This document shows positions 1 to 8,084 of a stretch of 64,000 nucleotides of DNA, one piece after another. The DNA lies in the NCBI GenBank assembly GCA_958448555.1, contig CAUDEL010000005.1:18404-82403 (forward strand), given 5' to 3'. Source of the DNA: an uncultured Eubacteriales bacterium (GTDB lineage Bacteria; Bacillota; Clostridia; Christensenellales; Aristaeellaceae). A program made the translations under genes and the position numbers. The notes beneath the pieces were generated by a model. That model was not told where the DNA came from. It made no database searches and saw nothing but the letters and a program-made list of their open reading frames with translations. Positions within the stretch are counted from its first letter, which is position 1; each line of letters starts with the position of its first letter.

Positions 1-1
1 T

Positions 2-157
2 TTGGACTATGGCACGGAGGCGGATGCGATGGTGGTGTTCACACAGACGGGCAGGGAGACCGTGACCGCGCAGGCGGCCTTTGTGAATGTGGAAACCGTG
101 GAGGCCGCCATGGACGCGGTGCTGCTTTTGTATACGGAAGTTGAGGCGGAGGATTAA
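2..157 (+). CDS. 3' end of a gene starting left of the window (last 51 codons, ...LLLYTEVEAED*); product not assignable
   Basis: The frame is open from the window edge to TAA 155-157, just before the ABC ATPase start. It is absent from the ORF track because it has no in-window start. Its position suggests the transporter's binding protein, but 51 residues do not support a call. Confidence 0.3.
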   Translation: MDYGTEADAMVVFTQTGRETVTAQAAFVNVETVEAAMDAVLLLYTEVEAED

Positions 158-160
158 CCG

Positions 161-1720
161 ATGAACGACGCTTTCGCGGGCACGGAGATCGTCCGCTTTT
201 CCCATGTGAGCAAGCAGTACCCCGGCACGCTGGCCAACGACGACGTGAGTCTGTCCATCCGCCGGGGCGAGGTATTCGCGCTGGTGGGCGAAAACGGCGC
301 GGGCAAATCCACGCTGATGAACCTGCTCTACGGCCTTCAGGCCCCCACGCTGGGCGAGATCTTCATCAAGGGAGAGAAAACAGGCCCTCAGCATAACCCC
401 GAAAGCGCCATGCGCATGGGGGTGAGCATGGTGCACCAGCATTTCAAGCTGGTGCCGGGCTTTACGGTGGCGCAGAACATCATGCTTGGGCACGAGCCAA
501 AGCGCGGCCTGTTTTACGACGAGGCCGCGGCCGCCCGGACGGTCCGCGCGCTCTCGACGGAATACGGCCTGCAGGTGGAGCCCGGCGACGTGGTGCGCGA
601 TTTGAGCGTGGGCATTCAGCAGCGCGTGGAGATCTTAAAGGCGCTGCGCACGGGCGCGGACGTGCTGATTCTGGACGAGCCGACCGCCGTGCTCACGCCG
701 CAGGAGGCGGAGGAGCTCTTTGAGGTCATCCGCCGCGTGGTAGACGAAAAGAATATGACGGTCATCCTCATCACCCACAAGCTCCCCGAGGTGATGCGTG
801 TGAGCGACCGCGTGGGCGTGATGAGGCGCGGAAGGCTGGAGAAGGTCATGGAGACGCGCGATACCAGCGAGCGCGAGATCGCCTCGCTGATGGTGGGGCG
901 CGACGTGATCTTCGGGGATTTGCGCGACAGCCGTGCCGCCGGGGAGGAGCGGCTGGTGATCCGAGGGCTGACGGCCCTGAGCGACCGCGGGCTTGAGGCG
1001 CTTGGCGGGGTAGATCTGTCCGTGCGCGCGGGCGAGGTCGTGGGCGTGTGCGGCGTGGAGGGCAACGGCCAGACGGAGTTGGCCGAGTGCGTGGCGGGCA
1101 TGCGGCCCGTGACGGGCGGAAGCGTCGTCCTCTGCGGCCGGGACGTGACCGGCTGCACGCCCGGAAGCATCCGAAGGGCGGGGCTGAGCTACATCCCCGA
1201 GGACCGCATCTCCATGGGCATGGACATCAGGGCCAACGTGGCGGAAAACCTGATCGTCGGCAGGCAGCGCACGCCCGCGCTGAGCCGGTGGGGCATCCAC
1301 CTGCGGCGGGGACGGGTGAAAAAGTACGCGCAGGAGCTGGCCCAGGCGTTTGACATCCGCACCGCCGGCGTGGACGCGCCGGCCGGCGACCTCAGCGGCG
1401 GCAACATGCAGAAGGTCGTGCTCGCGCGCGAGTTCTCCTTCGGCTCGCCCGTCCTGCTGGTCTGCCAGCCCACGCGCGGCGTGGACATCGGCGCGACGGA
1501 ATTCATCCACGAGCACATCATCCAAAAGCGCAACCAGGGCTGCGCCGTGCTGCTCATCAGCGCGGACCTGGACGAGCTGTTCCGGCTCAGCGACCGGCTG
1601 GTGACGGTCTATGAGGGCCATGTGACGGGCCGGTTCCTGACGCAGGAGATCACCAAGGAGGAGATCGGCTACTTCATGACGGGCAGCCGGGAGGACGCAA
1701 AGGAGGCGGAGGCGCGGTGA
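161..1720 (+). CDS. ABC transporter ATP-binding protein with duplicated ATPase domains (sugar/nucleoside importer type)
   Basis: The 519-aa protein has Walker A GENGAGKST, signature-like LSVGIQQRVEI, Walker B ILDEPT, and a second signature LSGGNMQKVVLARE. It is followed by two coupled permease genes. Confidence 0.9.
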   Translation: MNDAFAGTEIVRFSHVSKQYPGTLANDDVSLSIRRGEVFALVGENGAGKSTLMNLLYGLQAPTLGEIFIKGEKTGPQHNPESAMRMGVSMVHQHFKLVPGFTVAQNIMLGHEPKRGLFYDEAAAARTVRALSTEYGLQVEPGDVVRDLSVGIQQRVEILKALRTGADVLILDEPTAVLTPQEAEELFEVIRRVVDEKNMTVILITHKLPEVMRVSDRVGVMRRGRLEKVMETRDTSEREIASLMVGRDVIFGDLRDSRAAGEERLVIRGLTALSDRGLEALGGVDLSVRAGEVVGVCGVEGNGQTELAECVAGMRPVTGGSVVLCGRDVTGCTPGSIRRAGLSYIPEDRISMGMDIRANVAENLIVGRQRTPALSRWGIHLRRGRVKKYAQELAQAFDIRTAGVDAPAGDLSGGNMQKVVLAREFSFGSPVLLVCQPTRGVDIGATEFIHEHIIQKRNQGCAVLLISADLDELFRLSDRLVTVYEGHVTGRFLTQEITKEEIGYFMTGSREDAKEAEAR

Positions 1721-2838
1721 CGGGTTTCATGCAGTCCCTGCGGGCGCTTGTGCGCCTGAAGCCCGCGCAGAGGCTGACGCGGGATTACCTGCTGTCGCTG
1801 CTTGTAGCCGTGGCGCTGGCGCTGGTCGTGGGCGCGGTCATCATGCTTGTGTGCGGACACAACCCCGCCGAGGGCTATGCCGCGCTCGTGGAAGGCGCGC
1901 TGGGCAAGCCACGGGCCGTTGGAAACACGCTGGCCAAGACCGTGACCCTGTGCCTGACGGGCCTGGCGATGAGCCTGGCGGCCAAGGCGGGCGTCTTTAA
2001 CGTAGGCGGCGAGGGTCAGCTCTATCTGGGCGCGATGGCGGCGGCCGTGGTGGGCGCGCAGGTCCACGCGCCCGCGTGGCTGGTGACCGTGCTTTCGCTG
2101 CTGGCGGCGATGGCGGCGGGAGGCCTCTACGCGCTCCTGCCGGGCGCGCTGAAGGTCAGGTGGAAGGTGGACGAGGTCATCACCACCATCATGCTCAACT
2201 CCGTGGCCATCTACTTTTGCAGCTACCTGGCCAACGGCCCGCTCAAGACCGCCGAGCGCGGCATCGCCACCGGCACGGACAGCATCATGGCCGAGGCGGC
2301 CTTCACGCCGCTCATCAAACTGAGCAACCTGACCACCGGCGTATTTTACGCCGCAGCCGTGGCGCTGATCGTGTGGTATGTGATGAGCCGCTCGTCGGTG
2401 GGCTTTGAAATGAAGCTGACGGGCGAAAACGACCGCTTCGCGCGCTACGGCGGCATCCGCACAGGAAGCCTGATGCTCTGGGCCATGGTGTTTAGCGGCG
2501 CGATCTGCGGGCTGGTGGGGATGCTGGAGGTGTTCGGGCTGCACAAGCGGTTTTTGACCACGGTGAGCAACGAGTTTTATTTCGACGGCATGCTCGTGGC
2601 CATGATTATGCGCTACAGCCCCTTCGGCGTCATTGTGATGAGCTTTTTCTTCGCCGTGCTCAGCATCGGCAGCAAGTCCATGGAGCTGAGCGCCGGGGTG
2701 TCCAGTGAGCTGATTTTGATCGTGCAGTCCATCATTATCTTCTTCATGGCGGCGGAGGGCGGCATCCGAAAATCGCTGCGCGAGCGCGCGGCGCTCAGGC
2801 GCGCCCGGGCTGCGGCGCGGGAAGGGGGGCGCGGCTGA
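1717..2838 (+). CDS. ABC transporter permease (first of two)
   Basis: The 373-aa protein is multi-pass and hydrophobic. Its GTG overlaps the ATPase stop (GTGA). ATG at 1729 is an alternative start. Confidence 0.85.
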   Translation: MTGFMQSLRALVRLKPAQRLTRDYLLSLLVAVALALVVGAVIMLVCGHNPAEGYAALVEGALGKPRAVGNTLAKTVTLCLTGLAMSLAAKAGVFNVGGEGQLYLGAMAAAVVGAQVHAPAWLVTVLSLLAAMAAGGLYALLPGALKVRWKVDEVITTIMLNSVAIYFCSYLANGPLKTAERGIATGTDSIMAEAAFTPLIKLSNLTTGVFYAAAVALIVWYVMSRSSVGFEMKLTGENDRFARYGGIRTGSLMLWAMVFSGAICGLVGMLEVFGLHKRFLTTVSNEFYFDGMLVAMIMRYSPFGVIVMSFFFAVLSIGSKSMELSAGVSSELILIVQSIIIFFMAAEGGIRKSLRERAALRRARAAAREGGRG

Positions 2839-3740
2839 TGGGCGATGTGTTCAACATCCTGCTTTTGCAAAACACGCTGCGCACGGCGACCCCCGTGGTG
2901 CTGGCGGCGCTGGGTTGCCTGATGACCCAGCATGTGAACATCACCAACATCGGCATTGAGGGCATGATGCTGACCGGCGCCTTCTTCGCGGTGCTGGGCA
3001 GCTATTTCGGCGGAAGCTGGGTGGCCGGGCTGGCCTGCGCGCTGGCGGTGGGCCTGTTGCTGGGGCTGTTTTACTATGTCTTTGTCATCAGGTTCGGAAG
3101 CGACGAGTTCATCATCGGCGTGGCGCTCAACATCTTCGCCGGCGGGCTGACGGTCTTTCTCCTGCGCAACATCTTTGACGTCAAGGGCTCCTTTTCCGAC
3201 CCCGCGATCGTGCCCCTGCCCACCTTGAACATTCCGCTGATTCAGGACTTGCCCGTGCTGGGCCCGCTGCTCAGCGGCAATACGCTGCTGGTGTATGTGA
3301 GCTGGCTATTGGTGCCCGTGTGCTGGGCCTTTATCTACAAGACGCCCATGGGCTTTCACCTGCGCGCGTCGGGCGAATATCCCGACGCCCTCACGGCCTG
3401 CGGCAAGAGCCCCGCGCGCATGAAGTGCCTGGCCAGCGTGCTCTGCGGCCTGCTCAGCGCGCTTGCGGGCGCGCATCTATCGCTGGGCTACCTGACGATG
3501 TTCTCCGAGAACATGAGCGCCTCCCGCGGCTACGTGGCGTTCGCCTGTGTCATCTTCGGCCGGGGTAACCCACCCAGGGTGTTTCTGGCGGCGCTTCTGT
3601 TCGGGTTCATCGAGGCGCTGGGACTGCGCATGCAAAAGTACATGCCCAGCGACCTCACCGCCATGGCCCCCTATGTGGTCACGGTGGTGATGATGGTGGC
3701 CGTGGTGATGATGGAACGCAGAAAGCGCCGACGTGCATGA
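2838..3740 (+). CDS. ABC transporter permease (second of two)
   Basis: The 300-aa protein is multi-pass and hydrophobic. Its ATG overlaps the previous stop (TGATG). Confidence 0.85.
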   Translation: MGDVFNILLLQNTLRTATPVVLAALGCLMTQHVNITNIGIEGMMLTGAFFAVLGSYFGGSWVAGLACALAVGLLLGLFYYVFVIRFGSDEFIIGVALNIFAGGLTVFLLRNIFDVKGSFSDPAIVPLPTLNIPLIQDLPVLGPLLSGNTLLVYVSWLLVPVCWAFIYKTPMGFHLRASGEYPDALTACGKSPARMKCLASVLCGLLSALAGAHLSLGYLTMFSENMSASRGYVAFACVIFGRGNPPRVFLAALLFGFIEALGLRMQKYMPSDLTAMAPYVVTVVMMVAVVMMERRKRRRA

Positions 3741-3744
3741 TGGA

Positions 3745-5883
3745 CTATTCCGTCTCGGCGTTTGGGTCGATCAATTCGGAGCGGCCAATGCCCAGAAGCT
3801 CGGTGGTGGTGCGCGGATAGGTGCGCCCGCCGCTGTAGGAGCCGACGCGCGTAATGCGCTGACCCATGAAGGTGAAGGCAGCCGTCTGCCCGCCATCGAG
3901 GTTGATGGCCAGGGAACAGCCGGTCTGACGCATCAGATCGCAGAGCCCCGGGAGGTTTATGCCGGCGCTCTCCTTGCCCATGCGGCCCTCGACCAGTACG
4001 GCCACATAATGGCCGTTTTCGTACATGCCCACGGCGCAGCGCGGTTCATTGTACACGCCTCGTGCGGACTGGACCACGTAGGGGTTGATATCCTCGCCGC
4101 GAAACAGCCATGGACCGAAGGAAAAGACGTCCACCGCGCCCATCCTGAGATAGTCTGCGGCGGTATGAGCGTTGAAGTCAAACACGTCCCAGTCACCGTT
4201 GGAGAACATGGCCAGGGTGTCGAGATTGGGAAATTTGTCGCGCAGGGTTTTGGGGGCATTGTCATAAAGCACCTCTCCGCCCCGAATGATGATGCCTACC
4301 GTGAGGCCTCTCCCGTCGCGGTAGGTGTAATAATCCGTGTTCATGCCGAAAACCACCTGGTTTTCGGTGGCGATGCGCGCAGGCTGAACGTGCTGCCGCT
4401 GGGGATCGTCCGGGTCAAAGAGCACGGAGGCGAAGCGGTTGACCGAGGTATCGGCAAATACCTCGGCCTCATACCAGGTGACGGGCCCCTCCTGATCGAA
4501 AAAGCGGTCTATGCGCACCACCAGCGAGGGGGAAGCGTAGAACCAGAGCCCCGCTTCATCATCTGCGAGCACCTGCTCGCCCTCGACGGGATAGCCCAGC
4601 GCATCGCGCTCGCAGGCCAGAGAAGCCGGCCATTCACAGGTAACCTTCGGCCTGGCAAAATCGACATGCTCAGGGGCAGGGGTGGCGTAGGCTGAGTGGG
4701 TGACGCCGCCGGGAACGACGTTTTCAAACAGGTCGTTGCGTTCCACATCCTTGCCCACGGTGGTGTAGGCCAGCCCGAAGAGCGCGCAGCTGTACGGGCC
4801 TTCATCGGTTACGACAAAATCGGTATTCTGTTGCGTCACATGCAGCGCATAGGCGTCCTGCGCCGCCTGCAGGCCTGTGCGCCCGCCCTGGGAGGCCAGG
4901 GGTATGTTCCAGTCCAGCTCCAGCGGGTCGTCGCCGTAAAGATGCAGGTAGAGCTTCTGCACGGTCCACAGGCCATACGCTACGGCGGATTCGCTTTCCA
5001 CATCCAGCCGCATGCAGTTCTGCACGCAATACAGCGCGACATCGGCGCATACGCGGTGCGCGCCGTGGCCATACTCGCCGTTTACATCGTGACTGACAAC
5101 CACGTCGGGCCGGTAGTGGCGGATTTGCTCCATGACAAAGGCGCGCGCCTGGGTTTTGGGCCATTTCTTGTAGCCTTCCGCCAGAGAGCGGGAATAGCCG
5201 TCATAGAAAGGACCGATCACCGGATAGCTGTGCACGCCCATCTCCCACAGACCGTTGAGCAGCTCGCTCATGCGGGTGGTGTTGGAATCGGTCATGTAGA
5301 CAACCACGGTCTTTTTGCCCTGCTCCACGGTATAGGTGGGCAGCAGGCCGCCAAAGTAGATCAGCTCGTCGTCAGGATGCGCGGCCAGCACCAGCAGATC
5401 GGCCTTTTCCGGCGTGGGCTCCCACACCTGCACCCAGGAGGGCAAATCGCCCTCCCCCAGCACGAACAGCTCGTTGATGCGCAGGGGCTGTGCCCGGTCA
5501 AAGCGGGTCCACAGCCTGAAATGCCGTACGCCGCCCAGCGCCGCGCAGGTATGCATGAAACGGGTGTCGCCCTGCGCAAGCGTCGTCCACCCGTCCTCCG
5601 TGGGCACCTGGATACACCATGCGTCGGGCATGGTGGCAAAGCACACATAGAGATAGTCCGCCGGAGGGCCCTCGCTGACGCTGAATTCGATCCATGCCTC
5701 GCGGCGTTCCCGCCCGGACCAGCGGGTGGTGTAGCGGCGGTCGGTGAGGTATGAGACGGTGCCGCCCCCGGAGGTCCTGATATCAAAGGCTTCGGTGATG
5801 TCCGCGGCCTCCGAGGCCAGGGCGCAGGAGGCGGCCGAAAGCAGGAGGCAAAGCAGCAGCGAAAGAAAGAGCGCTTTTTTCAT
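3745..5883 (-). CDS. Secreted multidomain protein: N-terminal discoidin-like region, LmbE/PIG-L-type deacetylase, C-terminal phosphodiester-glycosidase (NAGPA-like) domain
   Basis: The signal peptide is MKKALFLSLLLCLLLSAASCALA. LVLAAHPDDELIYFGG matches the PIG-L motif. The C-terminal INLDGGQTAAF region is typical of phosphodiester glycosidases as I recall them. Confidence 0.7.
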   Translation of the reverse strand: MKKALFLSLLLCLLLSAASCALASEAADITEAFDIRTSGGGTVSYLTDRRYTTRWSGRERREAWIEFSVSEGPPADYLYVCFATMPDAWCIQVPTEDGWTTLAQGDTRFMHTCAALGGVRHFRLWTRFDRAQPLRINELFVLGEGDLPSWVQVWEPTPEKADLLVLAAHPDDELIYFGGLLPTYTVEQGKKTVVVYMTDSNTTRMSELLNGLWEMGVHSYPVIGPFYDGYSRSLAEGYKKWPKTQARAFVMEQIRHYRPDVVVSHDVNGEYGHGAHRVCADVALYCVQNCMRLDVESESAVAYGLWTVQKLYLHLYGDDPLELDWNIPLASQGGRTGLQAAQDAYALHVTQQNTDFVVTDEGPYSCALFGLAYTTVGKDVERNDLFENVVPGGVTHSAYATPAPEHVDFARPKVTCEWPASLACERDALGYPVEGEQVLADDEAGLWFYASPSLVVRIDRFFDQEGPVTWYEAEVFADTSVNRFASVLFDPDDPQRQHVQPARIATENQVVFGMNTDYYTYRDGRGLTVGIIIRGGEVLYDNAPKTLRDKFPNLDTLAMFSNGDWDVFDFNAHTAADYLRMGAVDVFSFGPWLFRGEDINPYVVQSARGVYNEPRCAVGMYENGHYVAVLVEGRMGKESAGINLPGLCDLMRQTGCSLAINLDGGQTAAFTFMGQRITRVGSYSGGRTYPRTTTELLGIGRSELIDPNAETE

Positions 5884-5890
5884 GCGGCGT

Positions 5891-6595
5891 TCACCTCAGC
5901 AGGCGGTAGGGATCGGCCGCCGTCCCGCTGCCGCCCGTGACCTCAAGACCCGCCAAAGACAGCCGCACGGCGGGGCGCACGCCCTCGTTCATCACCACAC
6001 AGCGGATATAGCCCAACCGCCCGTCCACCTTGGTGCAGCGCGTGCCATAGGCCTTGGTCGCGGATTGCGAGCGGGTCCAGTAGGGCGAGGAGCCGTTGGA
6101 GTACTTAAACAGCCCGTTGGCCAGCGCGTAAGGCGTTCCGTAGCCCTGACGCGCCTTGTTGCTGCCAAAGCCGTAGTCGCGGTTTTTGAGGTCCTCGCCC
6201 GTGGGCAGGAACAGATAGCCCAGTTCATCGCTGAAGGACAGGAGGGCCTTTTCCACCGGCGTGAACCATTCGTCCAGCTTTTCATCGTGCAGCAGCGCAT
6301 AGAGCTCCGTGCGGTTCCACTGCCCTCCAAAGTCCTCGTATTGTTCGTCATCCTCATGGACGCGATGGTTAAAAAGAATGTATTCGCTGTAGAGATATGC
6401 TTCATCCTCCCCGACAGACAACACGCGCCAGAGGATGTCGCGCACGCCGCCGTCCTCGTCCTGCGGGCAGCGCCCCAGGGTCACATAGACATATCCCGCA
6501 TCCGGGTCATACCCGCGCAGCTCCAGCGCGTGGGACAGGGCGGGCCAAAGCGTCAGCATCAAAATAGCAAGAAGAAGAAGCGCCTTTCTTTTCAT
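5891..6595 (-). CDS. Secreted DUF6273-like protein
   Basis: The second ATG was chosen because the GGAGGTG RBS lies inside the first codons of the 239-aa ORF. The signal peptide is MKRKALLLLAILMLTLWPALSHA. The pattern ILWRVL...PYWTRS...GVRPAVRLSL matches my memory of DUF6273. Confidence 0.6.
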   Translation of the reverse strand: MKRKALLLLAILMLTLWPALSHALELRGYDPDAGYVYVTLGRCPQDEDGGVRDILWRVLSVGEDEAYLYSEYILFNHRVHEDDEQYEDFGGQWNRTELYALLHDEKLDEWFTPVEKALLSFSDELGYLFLPTGEDLKNRDYGFGSNKARQGYGTPYALANGLFKYSNGSSPYWTRSQSATKAYGTRCTKVDGRLGYIRCVVMNEGVRPAVRLSLAGLEVTGGSGTAADPYRLLR

Positions 6596-6748
6596 CAAAA
6601 ACACCTCCATAATACAAAAATGGAAATTTGATCTATAACGGAAATAATGCTATAGTAATTGCTAATATAAGTCAATTCGGCAATTTGGATTTTTATTGTT
6701 TTTTCTTAACAACCTTATGAGCGGACGCGGACAGGTATTCCGAAAAAC

Positions 6749-6786
6749 AAAAAAAGGCGGGTCCGGCCCTTTTGGACCGAACCCGC
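6749..6786 (-). terminator. Rho-independent terminator after the DUF1015 gene
   Basis: On the minus strand the sequence reads GCGGGTTCGGTCC-AAAA-GGGCCGGACCCGC followed by a T run. Confidence 0.6.
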
Positions 6787-6796
6787 GGCAAATGGT

Positions 6797-8056
6797 CTAC
6801 AGCCGCCGACATTCGAGGTAATAGCGCTTCTCGTTGGCGGAACCGAGTGAGAAGGTCTTTCTGGGCAGGGCGCCCTCCGAGAGAATGGTGGGGAACAGGC
6901 GGTCCCGGTCCGGCGGAGGGAGAAGGAAGCCCACGGCGCCCTCGCCGGCTACGAGGCTGCGCACGGTGTCCTCGCCGTGCACATAGTCCAGCCGCGCTCC
7001 GGGATGGGAGACGAGCCACTGGTCCAAAAATGCCTGCAACGTGCCCACGGCCAGCTTATAGGGCGAGCCCTCCACGCTGAGGACGACCTCTTTGCCCTCG
7101 TAGACCACGGTGATCTCCTGCGCCTGAGGCCCTCCGGCCAGGCTCGCGCCCTTCCCTGCGGCGAAGGCGGCGATGTCGTTGAGCAGATCGTCGCCGTCGC
7201 AGCCCAAGAGCACGCGATGAATGGGCTCCATGCGCAGCGCGTCGTCATGGATGTTCTCCAGCTCCACCATGGCAAAGCGCGCGGGATGGGTTACGGTCTG
7301 TTCGGGCGTCAGGCCGGGCTTGATCTCCTCCCAGCAGGCCTTGGCGGCGGCGAGGCTGTGGTTTCCGTCGCCGACCGCGAACAGGAGCGGATTGTCGGGG
7401 TCCAGCCGGGCGCGCAGGCGGTCCAGCGCATCATAGACGGCGGCGATGTCCGCGGGAGCGGTCACGGCGTAGCCGGTCAGGTGTCCGCCGCCCATCATCA
7501 GCGGGAAGTCGTAGAGCCGGTCCAGCTCGTCGTGCCTGTGGAACAGCGGCTCAACGATGCTGTGCATGGGATCGTCCACCAGAAGCAGCACATGGCTGGT
7601 CTCCAGCGCCGCGCCGCGCCGGACCGTCATGCGGGGCGGGACGCGCTCGGCGATGGTCTCCTCCGAGGCGCGCACTAGGGAGCGGCTGCCCCTGGCGGGA
7701 TCGTAACACTCCAGATCCAGCAGCGCCACCAGTCCCACGCGCGCGCCGCTGGAGGTGTTGCGCTCCACGAGCACGAAGCCGTTGGACACGGCGGGGGCGA
7801 GCACGCCGCGGGCGAGATCGTCGCGCATGGCCTGGTGGATGCGCGAAATGCGCTGCGGCGCCTCATCCAGATAGCACTCGGGCAAAATCAAATCCAGCGT
7901 CGAGGGATGGCCGCCTACCAGCAGACGCACATTCTCCCAGTATTTGGGCTGCGAGGTGAACTGGTCGCAGGCGACACAGGCCCATTCGGTCAGGCTGGAG
8001 CGGTCGGCGGGGATGAGCAGCTCGCCGGGATAGAGCACGACATTGGCGTCCGGCAT
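6797..8056 (-). CDS. DUF1015 family protein
   Basis: The start was moved to ATG 8056 (MPDANVV...), preceded by AAGGAGG. The motif ACDQFTSQPKYWENV and the overall length resemble DUF1015 proteins (from memory). Confidence 0.65.
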   Translation of the reverse strand: MPDANVVLYPGELLIPADRSSLTEWACVACDQFTSQPKYWENVRLLVGGHPSTLDLILPECYLDEAPQRISRIHQAMRDDLARGVLAPAVSNGFVLVERNTSSGARVGLVALLDLECYDPARGSRSLVRASEETIAERVPPRMTVRRGAALETSHVLLLVDDPMHSIVEPLFHRHDELDRLYDFPLMMGGGHLTGYAVTAPADIAAVYDALDRLRARLDPDNPLLFAVGDGNHSLAAAKACWEEIKPGLTPEQTVTHPARFAMVELENIHDDALRMEPIHRVLLGCDGDDLLNDIAAFAAGKGASLAGGPQAQEITVVYEGKEVVLSVEGSPYKLAVGTLQAFLDQWLVSHPGARLDYVHGEDTVRSLVAGEGAVGFLLPPPDRDRLFPTILSEGALPRKTFSLGSANEKRYYLECRRL

Positions 8057-8084
8057 GGGGAAAAACCTCCTTAAATAATGCAAA

